Shown here piece by piece: positions 1 to 11,107 of a stretch of 64,000 nucleotides of DNA. The first letter of the stretch is position 1, and the number at the start of each line of letters is the position of its first letter. Source of the stretch: an uncultured delta proteobacterium (GTDB taxonomy: Bacteria; Myxococcota_A; Polyangia; Polyangiales; Polyangiaceae); the NCBI GenBank assembly GCA_963806225.1, contig CAWDXG010000002.1, positions 30,787 to 94,786 on the forward strand, written 5' to 3'. Position numbers and translations under genes: made by a program. The notes beneath the pieces are model-generated. The model was not told where the DNA came from and did no database searches. It worked only from the letters and a program-made list of their open reading frames with translations.

Positions 1-2
1 AA

Positions 3-1253
3 GGCAAGATCACGGTACCTGTGCTCGACGTGGGCGGCTCGCTGTACGACTTCTGGAGCGCGCCGGTGCACGGCTACGAGCGCAGCGGCGACCCGGAAAC
101 GAACGTGATCGGCACGTTCTACCTGGTGCGCACGCGCTCTCACGTCACGGCCGACCTGCGCGAGGCGTACCTGGGCATCGGCGGCTTCTTCGGGCTCGCG
201 CTCTTGATCGCCTTGCTCTTCGGCTACCTGCTGGCCGTGCAGATCACACGCCCGCTCCGGCGCTACATCGAGGTGACCGGGGATCTGTCGCGCGGGCAGG
301 CCGATCTCGGCAAGCGCCTCGCAGTCGAGACGGGTGACGAGCTGGGTGTCCTGGCGCGCAACCTCAACCGGGCGTTTGCCAAGATCCACAGCCTGGCCGC
401 CAGCGTGCAGCGCTCCGCGTTCCAGGTGAACTCGTCCAGCGGCGAGATCTCGACCGTGAGCAAGCAGATGCTCGACGGCGCCAAGCAGCAGGCCGGCAAG
501 ATCTCCAACTCGACAGCCGCCGTCACCGAGCTTTCCTCGTCGATCCAGCAGGTCGCCGAGAACGCGGCCGAGGCGACCCGCCGCGCCAAGGCCAGCGGCG
601 AAGCGGTCACGCGGGCGATCCAGAGGCTGGGCCAGATCCGCCAGACCGTGGAGGACGCCGCCAACCGCATCGGCATGCTCGGCGAGAGTGGCAAGCGCAT
701 CGGCAACATTGTCGAGGTGATCCGCCAGATCAGCGAGCAGACGACCATGCTGGCGCTGAACGCCGCGATCGAGGCCGCGCACGCGGGCGAGCACGGCCGG
801 GGCTTCGCGGTGGTCGCCGACGAGGTCAGCTCGTTGGCCAAGCGCACCGGCCAGAGCGCCCGCGACATCGAGGACCTGATCGCCACCATCCGCGACCAGA
901 CCGGCGAAGCGGTGCGCACGATGCAGGAGGGGTCGAGCGAGGTGGAGGAAGGCACGGGTCTGGTGGAAGCCACGCTCGCCGACCTCAAGACACTGGTCAA
1001 CGTCATCGACGACACCGCGTCGGCAGTGCAGGAGCAGGCCATCGCCTCCGACGAGATCGCGCGCAACATGGACGCCGTGCAGCGCATCGCCGACGAGGTC
1101 CTCGCATCGAGCGAGAACGCCGTGACCCAGGGAGACCGGCTGCAGAAGCTCGCCGACGAGCTGGAGGAGAGTGTGAAGGGATTCCGTATCGATCCGGAGC
1201 GCGCGCTGCTCGACGAAGCCGAGCTCAAGGCGCTGCCGGAGGGCCATTCGTGA
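3..1253 (+). CDS. Methyl-accepting chemotaxis protein (5' end outside window)
   Basis: TM helix, HAMP (ITRPL...GDELGVLA) and MCP hairpin [36 protein letters not shown]; frame is open to the window edge. Confidence 0.95.
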   Translation, partial: GKITVPVLDVGGSLYDFWSAPVHGYERSGDPETNVIGTFYLVRTRSHVTADLREAYLGIGGFFGLALLIALLFGYLLAVQITRPLRRYIEVTGDLSRGQADLGKRLAVETGDELGVLARNLNRAFAKIHSLAASVQRSAFQVNSSSGEISTVSKQMLDGAKQQAGKISNSTAAVTELSSSIQQVAENAAEATRRAKASGEAVTRAIQRLGQIRQTVEDAANRIGMLGESGKRIGNIVEVIRQISEQTTMLALNAAIEAAHAGEHGRGFAVVADEVSSLAKRTGQSARDIEDLIATIRDQTGEAVRTMQEGSSEVEEGTGLVEATLADLKTLVNVIDDTASAVQEQAIASDEIARNMDAVQRIADEVLASSENAVTQGDRLQKLADELEESVKGFRIDPERALLDEAELKALPEGHS

Positions 1254-1981
1254 GGACAGTCGCCGGCGCGATCGCCATCCTGCTGGGCTCCGCGTGCAGC
1301 CTGGCCTGCAGCAGCAGCACGCCGAGCAGCGGTGCTACAGGCCCGGCCGGGTCACCGGGCATTGCCGTACAGGCACTGCTGCCGAGCGGGGGTCCGGCGT
1401 GGAAGCCAGGCGACAGCGGCTGCGTCGAGCTCGGGCAGGACGCCAACGCGACGATCGGCGTGGAGGTCAAGCTCGACAACTGGACGCTCCGGCCGCCGTA
1501 TACCTGCGGCGCGACGCCCCAGTGCGGCTACGTCCAGGTCCAGGTCGATCCGCAGGGCGACAACGGCGCGGCGCTCTCCGCGCAGGCCGCGGCCAGCCTG
1601 GTGCCGGTTCCGTTCGCGTCGCTGCCGGGCGCGCTCGGTCAGCACACGCTGCGCGTCGAGCTGCGCGGCGACCACAATGGGCCGGTCATCGACAAGAAGA
1701 CCGGACAGCCCTACGCGGTGGACCTCCAGGTCACGCTGGGCGCGCCAGGAACCTGCGGCGGTGGACCGACGGATGCGGGCAGCGACGCCGACTCGGGCAG
1801 CGACGCCGGCGATGCCGCCGCGGACAGCAGCGACGCGGGAGACGCTTCCAGCGACGCGACCGCCGACTCGGGCAGCGACGCGGGCGACGCTTCCAGCGAT
1901 GCTGCCGCCGATTCTGGCGACGCTTCCAGCGACGCGGCCGCCGACTCGGGCAGCGACGCGGGCGACGCCGCGGCGGACTGA
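1250..1981 (+). CDS. Putative lipoprotein with Asp/Ala/Gly/Ser-rich tail
   Basis: Signal peptide with lipobox-like SLAC; GTGA overlap with the MCP stop; DAG/SDA repeats. Confidence 0.75.
   Translation: MRTVAGAIAILLGSACSLACSSSTPSSGATGPAGSPGIAVQALLPSGGPAWKPGDSGCVELGQDANATIGVEVKLDNWTLRPPYTCGATPQCGYVQVQVDPQGDNGAALSAQAAASLVPVPFASLPGALGQHTLRVELRGDHNGPVIDKKTGQPYAVDLQVTLGAPGTCGGGPTDAGSDADSGSDAGDAAADSSDAGDASSDATADSGSDAGDASSDAAADSGDASSDAAADSGSDAGDAAAD
1771..1978 (+). repeat. Low-complexity coding repeats (DSGSDAGDA units)
   Basis: gccgactcgggcagcgacgc occurs three times and gacgcttccagcga three times. Confidence 0.8.
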
Positions 1982-1990
1982 CCGCCTGCG

Positions 1991-3628
1991 TCAGGGATGC
2001 ACGAACAGCACCGTGCCCTTGAGCGGTAGCAGCACGCCGTGCCAGCCGACCGGCACCTGCGGGTCGGTCCAGTAGAAGATACGCCGGGCATCCTCGGGCG
2101 AGAGGTTGATGCAGCCATGACTCTTCGGGATGCCGAAGCGGTCATGCCAGTACGCACCGTGCAGCGCGTAGCCCTGCTTGTCGAAGTACTCCACGTACGG
2201 CACATCGCGCAGCTCGAAGCTCTCGCCCACCTCGTCCGAGCTCATCGTGGCCGTGATGTGCTTGGTGTGGATACGGAAGATGCCGCGCTTGGTGGCCGTC
2301 GTGTGCTTGGGATCCTCGAGCCCCGCCTCCCCGCTCGAGATGAGCGTCGCGTACACGGCCTTCGTGCCTTCGTACAACACCAGCGTCTGCTTGGTGAGGT
2401 TCACGTCGATCCACTTGTCGCCGTTCTTTCCCCAGGCCGGCATGCGCTTGGCCGGGTCGAGACGCGACGCATCCATGTCGCTCAGCCACTTGTGATCCGC
2501 GGTCTCGTAATGCAGCCGCTTGTGGAAGAACTGCTGCTTGCCGGTGAGCTTGATCGCGTGGCGGTAGGGTGCTTCGCCGCCGTCCTTCAACTTGCCGTCC
2601 TTGACGACCACATAGTGCGCACTGGGCTGGCGCACGATCGCGAACGGGAAGTCGATGTCCTGGGGGATCTGGAAGCCGTGGAAATCCGAGCCCTGGATCG
2701 GGCGCAGGCGATCGGTGGGGATCACGAGCAGATCGGTCGTGAGGGCATAGCGACGACCCTGGTAGAGGAACGTCTTGAGGATCGAGTAGCCGACGTGCGA
2801 TTTCATGTGGCCGACGACGAGCGCATCCTTGTCGCGTGGCTTCCTGTAGATATTGGGAGTCGCCGCGTTGTTCTTCAGGAACCACGGCAGCGGGTCGGAG
2901 GTCTTGTTCGTCCACGCTTCGGCGGGATCCGGGGCGGGCCCGATGCCGCCCATCCATACGTCCTGGGCGTAGCTGGCGCCGATCTCGCCCTTGGCGGCGA
3001 GCCACTTCGGCATGCGTTCGTCGATGCTGGGCTCCGCCTTGCGCAGCTCCGCGGCGGTGGGCAGGCGCGCATAGATCGGTCCCGGACGCCGCACGGTACC
3101 GTAGATGTACGGAAGCTCGCGCAGGGGGTCGGGCGGATACTCGCGCGTCGCGCGCACGATCGGATCGTTCGCGTCGAGCGTGGCGCGACGCCCGATGCAC
3201 ACGTAGCCGCGCGGCTGTACAGGATACCAGCCGCCCTTGCAGTCCGCGTAGCCCGCGGCCTTGTGGCTGGTCGGGGTCGACGCGCCCGCACGCATGTAGC
3301 CGAGCCGCGCCGAAGACCGGCTCGGGCGCTCGTGGATCCACGTCCGGAGCGCACGGCTGTAGACGCGCGGAGCGCCCGGGTCGACCACCGCAACGCTCAA
3401 GGGATGGCTCTTGCCACTGAGCGAGACAACGGGCGGCTGCGCTGCGACAGGCGGAGCCTTGGGAAGCGGAGCGGCTGCGCTGCCTCGCGCCCCGTCGGCG
3501 GAAGCGCGCGGACTTTCGGAGCCCGTCTCGGCAGGCTCCGCCTTGCTCGTCGGCTCGGCGCGGTGGTGCGAGCACGCCGCCAGCAGCAGCAACAGAGCAG
3601 CCGGCTTCGGGAACGCTGTCAGCCTCAT
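1991..3628 (-). CDS. L,D-transpeptidase (YkuD family) lipoprotein
   Basis: ALHGAYWHDRFGIPKSHGCINL catalytic motif; WIDVNLTKQTL; lipobox LAAC; start chosen at MRLTAF. Confidence 0.9.
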   Translation of the reverse strand: MRLTAFPKPAALLLLLAACSHHRAEPTSKAEPAETGSESPRASADGARGSAAAPLPKAPPVAAQPPVVSLSGKSHPLSVAVVDPGAPRVYSRALRTWIHERPSRSSARLGYMRAGASTPTSHKAAGYADCKGGWYPVQPRGYVCIGRRATLDANDPIVRATREYPPDPLRELPYIYGTVRRPGPIYARLPTAAELRKAEPSIDERMPKWLAAKGEIGASYAQDVWMGGIGPAPDPAEAWTNKTSDPLPWFLKNNAATPNIYRKPRDKDALVVGHMKSHVGYSILKTFLYQGRRYALTTDLLVIPTDRLRPIQGSDFHGFQIPQDIDFPFAIVRQPSAHYVVVKDGKLKDGGEAPYRHAIKLTGKQQFFHKRLHYETADHKWLSDMDASRLDPAKRMPAWGKNGDKWIDVNLTKQTLVLYEGTKAVYATLISSGEAGLEDPKHTTATKRGIFRIHTKHITATMSSDEVGESFELRDVPYVEYFDKQGYALHGAYWHDRFGIPKSHGCINLSPEDARRIFYWTDPQVPVGWHGVLLPLKGTVLFVHP

Positions 3629-3779
3629 GCCCCGGCTAGATCGCACAGACGGGCGCGAATCTGCCAGAAAGCGGGCCGCCAAAGCGCCGCAGCGAGCTCG
3701 TCCCGGGCCATGGAAAAGGAAAGGCAGCAGCCCGGGCGGAGGGGGGGTACACCGCGAGCCACTGCCGTGGCCCCTTGTT

Positions 3780-3870
3780 GCAGCAATTCACATGCCGCGG
3801 CTAGATTCATGTAAATACAAATAGATACGCTATTCATACGGGGCCAATATTTTTCATATATGAAATGTCT
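3780..3870. promoter_or_regulatory. AT-rich divergent intergenic patch with perfect palindrome TTTCATATATGAAA (3852-3865)
   Basis: Strongly AT-rich in a GC-rich background, between divergent genes. Confidence 0.5.
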
Positions 3871-4055
3871 TCGTCGGATCAGAAATGCGCGCCGGCGCCG
3901 AGCGCGCTCCGATTCGGGCGCTCCGGCTGCACGCAGACTGGGGGGCAGGAAGGATGCGCTGCAAAACTGGTCGACATCCCGCCGCGCTGATCTAGCTTCG
4001 CGCCCGCGGATCGCGGGCGTCCGGCAGGCCATCAGGACATGAACGCGCACCTCGA

Positions 4056-5027
4056 ATGCTCCTCAGCCACGTAAGCCCAGAACGGCTCGAATTCAGCCGC
4101 TATCGGCGAACCCGCGCCCCGGTTCTCGTGGGCGTCGCCTTCGCGGCCTTGGCGCTGTTGCCGCTCCTCTCGCCGGGTCCCGTCACGGCGTGGCGCGTCA
4201 TCACGTCGGCAGTGCTGCTGCTCTCGGCGATCCTGCTCATCCGGTTCACCCGTCCTCGCTGGACCCATGTCGTCTTGCGGGTGCGCGATCGCGTTCTGGA
4301 ACGCGACGGGCTCGAGATCCCGCTCGGCGACTGCGCCGTGCAGTTGGTCGGCGCGCGCGACGAGGCCCCCCCCTACCCGGGGGCGACGTACCGCGCCGAG
4401 CTCGTGCTCCCCGACGCCGACGGTCGCCGCGAGCTATTGCTCGAGCGTGACGAGCCTGCCGGCGTGCTGTCCGACTTGATCCGAATCCGCGCGGTGCTTC
4501 CGCTGCCGGTACGGGGCGGCTGGGGACTGCCGGCTGATGCAGCGCCGTGGGACACGCCGAAGCAGGAACAGTCGCCGCCGAGACGTGGCGGCGCGCCGAT
4601 CGACGCGCTGGTGCGGCGCCATCCGGCACAACGCTCCTCGGCGGTGACGACGCTCATCGGCGGCATCGGCACCGCGACGGCGATGGGCATCATGATCGGC
4701 GCGCAGCGCGAGCGCGGCCTTCCCGTCTCGGCGTTGAGCCTGACACTCGCCGGCGCAACAGTGGTCCTGATCGTGCTGATCGGCGCGTTCATCGCATCCG
4801 ATCGATTGCGCATCCAGGGCGACGACGAGCTGTGCATCGAACGCCGCGCGCTCGGGATCGCCTGGAAGCGCCAGACCATCCAGCGCAGCGCGTTGCGTCA
4901 CGCCTGGACGGTCGGACCCGACCCTGCCGAACCGCACCACCTGCTCCTGCAGCTGGACAGCGGCCTCCTCGCCCTGCCCTGCGTCGGCGACCAGGCACGA
5001 AAGCTCCAGTCACAGCTCGACGCCTGA
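4056..5027 (+). CDS. Hypothetical membrane protein (two TM pairs, each followed by a PH-like region)
   Basis: Hydrophobic helix pairs, apparent internal duplication, host-like codon use. Confidence 0.65.
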   Translation: MLLSHVSPERLEFSRYRRTRAPVLVGVAFAALALLPLLSPGPVTAWRVITSAVLLLSAILLIRFTRPRWTHVVLRVRDRVLERDGLEIPLGDCAVQLVGARDEAPPYPGATYRAELVLPDADGRRELLLERDEPAGVLSDLIRIRAVLPLPVRGGWGLPADAAPWDTPKQEQSPPRRGGAPIDALVRRHPAQRSSAVTTLIGGIGTATAMGIMIGAQRERGLPVSALSLTLAGATVVLIVLIGAFIASDRLRIQGDDELCIERRALGIAWKRQTIQRSALRHAWTVGPDPAEPHHLLLQLDSGLLALPCVGDQARKLQSQLDA

Positions 5028-5101
5028 TCAGGCGGCGCACATAGCACGAGCGCCCGTCCGGATCACCGGACAGGCGCTCGTCAGCCGTACGACGCAGAGC
5101 G

Positions 5102-5746
5102 TTACTCAGTGCCGGCGTCGGTGATGCCACCGGTGCCGCCGGTGCTGCCACCGGTGCCGCCCATGCCAGCCGTGCCGCCCGTGCCAGCCGTGCCGCCCGT
5201 GCCGCCCGTGCCGCCCGTGCCAGCCGTGCCGCCCGTGCCGCCGGTACCGCCCGTACCGGCATCGTTGAGACCGGCGCAGATGGTGTCAGGAATTCCCGAG
5301 CAGGTCGCGAAGTCCTGCAGGCAGTTGTTGGCGCAGAGGCACTTGTTGCACTGGACATCGCTGCCCAGACAATCCCCGACGCACTTGCTCAAACCGCAGT
5401 TGACCGACCCGACGAAGCAGGTTGCGCAATCTTTCGAGATCGAATTGTTGGTGCTCGTCTCGATGCAGTCCTGGATGCACTGGCTCTTCTCTGCGTCGGT
5501 CGACTTGTTCAGGCAGCCGCCAAGCGCGCAGTCGCGAGCGATGGTGTTGACGGAACGCGTGCCAGCGTCCGGGGTGCTGCCCGGATAGTCCTTGCCTATA
5601 GCGTCCTGATCGCTCTGACTGGTGCACTTGCCCGCGGTGGTGCCACCTGAACCCCCAGTCCCATTGTTGTCGTTGCTGGAGCAGGCGAACCCGCTCGACA
5701 GCGCTAGAGCCAGAAACGGAATCGCGACGATAAAGCGTGCTTTCAT
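5102..5746 (-). CDS. Cys-rich lipoprotein with GGT-repeat tail
   Basis: MKARFIVAIPFLALALSSGFAC lipobox; many CxxxC; GGTGGTAGT repeats at about 5125-5260. Confidence 0.8.
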   Translation of the reverse strand: MKARFIVAIPFLALALSSGFACSSNDNNGTGGSGGTTAGKCTSQSDQDAIGKDYPGSTPDAGTRSVNTIARDCALGGCLNKSTDAEKSQCIQDCIETSTNNSISKDCATCFVGSVNCGLSKCVGDCLGSDVQCNKCLCANNCLQDFATCSGIPDTICAGLNDAGTGGTGGTGGTAGTGGTGGTGGTAGTGGTAGMGGTGGSTGGTGGITDAGTE

Positions 5747-5972
5747 GCCGCGTACTCTGATCACGGCCTGTCCGGGAATCAATCCACATATTCCACCCGC
5801 CGGTCGTTTTTGTTGAATTGTGGCCGGCCGCCCAGCCTTCCGTCGCATCCGCGCAATCCCTGCCTGTTTGCTGATAATCTCGCGCCTTGCTGCACACTAT
5901 GCAGGGGGCGACGGCGGCTCGCGCAGCGCTGCGGGTCGTGCCCAGCGATCCAGACCACCCCAAGGAGCCACG

Positions 5973-6580
<608 letters not shown>

Positions 6581-6581
<1 letters not shown>

Positions 6582-6826
6582 TGAAACGCGCGATCGCCGT
6601 GTGTAGCGTGCTTCTGCTGACCACCGTCGCGTGCAGCAAGAAGGACAACTCGAACTCCTCGTCCACGAGCGGCCAGAGCGCGGCCGCCTCGGCGGCGCCG
6701 GCCAGCTCCGTGGCCGACTCGCAGATCCCGACCGAAGAGGACTACGAGGAAGAGGCCGCGCAGAAGGTCACCGCGCAGAACCTCGACGACCAGCTCGACA
6801 AGCTCGAGAAGGAAATCAACCAGTAG
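6581..6826 (+). CDS. Small lipoprotein
   Basis: TGATG overlap; MKRAIAVCSVLLLTTVAC; acidic helical C-terminus. Confidence 0.75.
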
Positions 6827-6899
6827 ACCCGCCACCCCGGCCACCCGGACAACAGCCGCGGGACCGGCCGAATTGGCCTGTCCCGCGGTTTTGCGATAG

Positions 6900-8331
6900 G
6901 TGGCTCCGGTGCGGAGTCTGTCTTTTTCCACCAGCCTGCTGCTCGCCGGCCTGCTCGTCGCCGGCTGCAGCAATCACAAGAAAACCCACTCCTCGGCGAC
7001 TGCCCCGCCCAGCGCAAAGCCGGCAGGGAGCGGCGCTTCTGCGCCGGCCGCGAGCTCGGCTGCCGCCGTGGCCAGCGCTCCGAAAGGGCGCCCGGACAAG
7101 CCGCTGAACGTCCTGCTCATCACGGTCGACGCGATGCGCTCCGACATGCCGTGGAACGGCTACTCGCGCCCGATAGCTCCGAACCTGTCGAAGCTCGTCG
7201 CCGAGAGCGTCTACTACGACCACGCCTACTCGATCTCGAGCTACACGGCGAAGAGCCTCGGCGGGCTACTCGCTGGGCGCTACCCGTCGACGCTGTATCG
7301 CAGCGCGTACTTCTTCACGGGCTACTCGAAGGCCAACCTGTTCTTCAGCGAGGTGCTGCAGGAGCACGGCATCCGGACCATCGGCGGCCAGGCCCACATG
7401 TACTTCAACCGCGGCAAGGGCCTCGATCAGGGCTTCGAACGTCTGGCAGCTGGTGCCGGGCATCACGTTCGATCCGCAGACGGACAACGACATCACCAGC
7501 GACAAGATGACGAAGATGGCAATCGACATCCTGTCGAAGCCCGAGAACACCGGAAAGCAGTTTTTCGCCTGGTTCCACTATCTGGACCCGCACGACAAGT
7601 ACAACTGGCACGACATGTGTCCCAAGGACTGGGGCCACAAGGCGCGCGATCGCTACGACTGCGAGATCTTCTTCACCGATCACTACATCGGCAAGCTGCT
7701 GGACTGGGCCAAGCAGCAGAGCTGGTGGAAGAACACGGCGGTCATCCTGTCGGCCGATCACGGCGAGGCTTTCGGCGAGCACGGCGAGTACCGGCATGCG
7801 TTCGAGCTGTGGCAGGAGCTGGTGCACGTCCCCCTCGCCTTCAAGCTGCCGGGCGTCGAACCCCGCCGCGTCCACGTCCGGCGTTCGGACATCGATCTCG
7901 CGCCGACGATCGTCGATCTGATGGGCCAGAAGCCAGCCCCCAGCTTCGAAGGAAAGACGATGGTGCCGGAGCTCTACGGCGCCGAGAAGCCCGGGAATCG
8001 CGACCCGATCATCCTGGATCTACCGAACGACACGAACAACGAGCGGCGTCGCGCGATCATCGACGGCGACTACAAGTTGATCGTGTTCGGCAACGGCTGG
8101 AAGCACGTGCTGTTCAACCTGAAGAAGGACCCCGGCGAAAAGCACGATCTGTCGCACGAAGAGCCCGACAAGTTCGAACAGATGAAGAAGCTCGAAGAGG
8201 AGACGTTCAAGAAGCTGCCGGTGATACTCCCGTACGGCGGCATCAAGATCAAAGGCGGCAAGACCGCCAACGGGCCGATGGGTCCGCCGAAGACAGACAA
8301 GGACGCGCCCACGAAGGGAGCGGCGAAGTGA
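6900..8331 (+). CDS. Sulfatase-like lipoprotein 1 (+1 frameshift at 7438-7439)
   Basis: NVLLITVDAMR, SSYTAKS, HYLDPH, SADHGEAFGEH; removing one A gives GFDVWQLVPGITFD, matching the paralog GFDDWRVVSGIKFD. Confidence 0.85.
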
Positions 8332-9701
8332 AGCACGTCGCGAGCGTCGCCACGCTGCTTCTCGCCGGTGCCTGCGCGAGCCCCGCACCGCCACCGAGCC
8401 CCGCGCCGCTCCCTGCCCCGCCTGCGAAAGCGGCTGCGCCCGCCCAGAGCGCCCAACCCGACAAGCCCGCCGCGCCAGAGGCAAAGGCGAAGCCCGTGCC
8501 GGCCAAGCCCACTGGACCTGACCGGCCGATGAACGTGATGCTGATCCTGGTCGACAGCATGCGGGCCGACATGCCGTGGGCCGGCTATCCCCGGAAGATC
8601 GCGCCCAACCTGACGGCTCTGGAGAAAGAGAGCGTGAGCTACACGCGCGCCTACTCCGTCTCCAGCTACACCGCCAAGAGCGTCGCCGCGGTCCTTTCCG
8701 GGCAGTACCCGGACGAGCTGAAACGCAGCGGCTACTTCTTCACCAAGTACCCGGACAGCGATCTGTTCTTCCCCGAGCTCCTGCACAAGGCCGGCGTGTA
8801 CACGATGGCCACTCACGGGCACATGTACCTGGCTCCGGGACACAGCGGAATGGACCAGGGTTTCGACGACTGGCGCGTGGTCAGCGGCATCAAGTTCGAC
8901 AACACGAAGGACGACTTCGTCACCAGCGACAAGATGACGCCGCTCGCGGAGAAGCAGCTGTCCGCAGCGCCGAAGGGCAAGCCCTTCTTCATCTACATGC
9001 ACTACATGGATCCGCACAACGTCTACGTGAAGCACAAGGAGTCGCCGGACTGGGGCAACAAGCGGCGCGACAAGTACGACTCCGAGGTGTTCTTCACCGA
9101 CCTGTGGATCGGCAAGCTGCTCGACTTCTGCAAGCAGCAACCGTGGTGGAAGAAGACGGTCGTCATCGTCAGCGCCGACCACGGCGAGGCGTTCGGCGAG
9201 CATCACATGTTCCGCCATGCGTTCGAGCTCTGGAACATGCTCACCCATGTGCCGCTCTTCATCCACGTGCCGGGCGTGGATGGGCGCCACATCGACACGC
9301 CGCGCAGCGACATCGATCTAGCGCCCACGGTGCTCGACCTGATGGGCGTGAAGGGCGACGACAAGCTCGAGGGCAAGAGCCTTGTTCCGGAGCTCTACGG
9401 CGCGAAGGCCGAGCCGCGGCCGGTGCTCATCAATCTGCCGGCCGACAGCAACAACCCCGAGCGCCACGCGCTGGTGGACGGTGACTACAAGCTCTTGTCG
9501 TTCGGCAACGACTGGCGCTTCGACCTGTACAACCTGAAGAAGGACCCAGGCGAGACGCACAAGCTCAACAAGGAAGAGCCGGACCGCCTCGAGAAGATGA
9601 AGGCGGAGTACAAGAAGCTCTGGGGCAAGGTCCCCGCCGTGAAACCCTACGGCGGCAACAAGCTCATCGGCGGCGGCGTGGCGAACGGGCCCCGCAACTA
9701 G
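8328..9701 (+). CDS. Sulfatase-like lipoprotein 2 (tandem paralog)
   Basis: GTGA overlap; lipobox AGAC; NVMLILVDSMR, SSYTAKS, HYMDPH, SADHGE. Confidence 0.9.
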   Translation: MKHVASVATLLLAGACASPAPPPSPAPLPAPPAKAAAPAQSAQPDKPAAPEAKAKPVPAKPTGPDRPMNVMLILVDSMRADMPWAGYPRKIAPNLTALEKESVSYTRAYSVSSYTAKSVAAVLSGQYPDELKRSGYFFTKYPDSDLFFPELLHKAGVYTMATHGHMYLAPGHSGMDQGFDDWRVVSGIKFDNTKDDFVTSDKMTPLAEKQLSAAPKGKPFFIYMHYMDPHNVYVKHKESPDWGNKRRDKYDSEVFFTDLWIGKLLDFCKQQPWWKKTVVIVSADHGEAFGEHHMFRHAFELWNMLTHVPLFIHVPGVDGRHIDTPRSDIDLAPTVLDLMGVKGDDKLEGKSLVPELYGAKAEPRPVLINLPADSNNPERHALVDGDYKLLSFGNDWRFDLYNLKKDPGETHKLNKEEPDRLEKMKAEYKKLWGKVPAVKPYGGNKLIGGGVANGPRN

Positions 9702-9800
9702 CCGCCGCGCCCGGGCGCGCTCTCGCCCGGTGTCGCACATCGTCCTACCAAAGACTGCCCGGATGTTGCGGGGCTGCAGCCGGCCCGCTACGGGAACGAC

Positions 9801-11048
9801 ATGCGAATTGCTTCCTTGGTCGCGACGGGATGTGTGTGTGTGCTTCCTCTGCTGATGACCGCGTGCGGCGGCAGCAGCACCGACACCGGCGGGGGTGGTA
9901 GTGGCGGCAGCGCCGGCAGCGCGACCGGCGGCACCGGCGGCACCGCAACGGGCGGCGCGGCCGGGACCGGCGGTGCGGCTGGAACGGGCGGGGGCGCTGG
10001 AACCGGTGGCACGGCGGGCGCCCCGACGCTGGGGCAACCCATCAGCGCGCCCGACAAGACCTGGACCTGGGTCCCCTTCCCGCAGGCGAAATGCCGGGAC
10101 GGCTCCAGCACCGGCATCGGGGTCAACCTGAACAGCGCTTCGGACAAGGTCGCCATCTACCTCGAGGGCGGCGGCGCCTGCTTCAACTCGATCCTGTGCG
10201 CGACGAATCCGAGCCACTTCGACCAGAGCACCTTCAACTCGCGCAAGGGCTCGCTGGCGGGCATCTTCGACCGCGGTCAGGCGAAGAACCCGCTCAAGGA
10301 CTGGAACTACGTCTACGTGCCGTACTGCACAGGCGACGTGCACGCGGGCGACAAGCCGGACGGCAGCATCCCCGGCCTCGCCGGAACCCAGCAGTTCGTC
10401 GGCTACAGCGACATGTCGCAGTATCTCGCGCGGATCGTGCCGACGTTCAGCGGCGCTTCCCAGGTGCTGCTCACGGGATCCAGCGCCGGCGGCTTCGGCT
10501 CGGCGGCGAATTTCCTGCAGACCCAACGGTACTTCGGATCGGTCCCGGTGGACCTGCTCGACGACTCCGGCCCACCCATGCCTGCCCCGGCCATCCCGGC
10601 TTGCCTGGAGGACCAGCTCAGGAAGCTGTGGAACATGGACGCCACGATTCTCAAGGCCTGCGGCAGCCACTGTCCGGACAAGACCAACTACCTGTCCGAC
10701 ATGATCAAGTACGTGGCCGAGAAGTACCCGACGCGGCAGCTCTCCGTGGTCTCCAGCGTCGCGGACAGCACGATTCGTGGCTTCTTGTCGTTCGGCCAGA
10801 ACAACTGCAACTACGCGCAGATGGGTGCCCAGCAGTTCCAGAACGGGCTGATGGACATGCGCACGGCGATGCAGAGCTACAAGAACTTCGGCACGTACTA
10901 CGTCGGACAGTGCGGCTCGAACCCCTGCTCGCACCACACCTGGCTCATGGACAACGCGCACTTCTACGGAACGACCGTCGGCGGCACCGCCCTGCCCGAC
11001 TACGTCGCAGCGCTCGTCTCCGGCAGTGTGAGCAACGTCGGCCCGTAG
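9801..11048 (+). CDS. Pectinacetylesterase-family hydrolase lipoprotein
   Basis: CRDGS, YLEGGGAC, YVPYCTGDVH, LLTGSSAGG. Confidence 0.88.
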   Translation: MRIASLVATGCVCVLPLLMTACGGSSTDTGGGGSGGSAGSATGGTGGTATGGAAGTGGAAGTGGGAGTGGTAGAPTLGQPISAPDKTWTWVPFPQAKCRDGSSTGIGVNLNSASDKVAIYLEGGGACFNSILCATNPSHFDQSTFNSRKGSLAGIFDRGQAKNPLKDWNYVYVPYCTGDVHAGDKPDGSIPGLAGTQQFVGYSDMSQYLARIVPTFSGASQVLLTGSSAGGFGSAANFLQTQRYFGSVPVDLLDDSGPPMPAPAIPACLEDQLRKLWNMDATILKACGSHCPDKTNYLSDMIKYVAEKYPTRQLSVVSSVADSTIRGFLSFGQNNCNYAQMGAQQFQNGLMDMRTAMQSYKNFGTYYVGQCGSNPCSHHTWLMDNAHFYGTTVGGTALPDYVAALVSGSVSNVGP

Positions 11049-11107
11049 ACGCTGACGGCCGTCAGCCCCGGCGCGCGGTCGATTCCATTTCGACCTACCT
11101 TGGCGGC

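Noticed and set aside
3780..3870. Replication origin unwinding element
   Set aside because: No DnaA boxes or origin-linked genes were seen nearby
6900..9701. Single 933-aa ORF in the track
   Set aside because: Artefact of the 7438 frameshift; the middle is off-frame, and two paralogous genes explain the region
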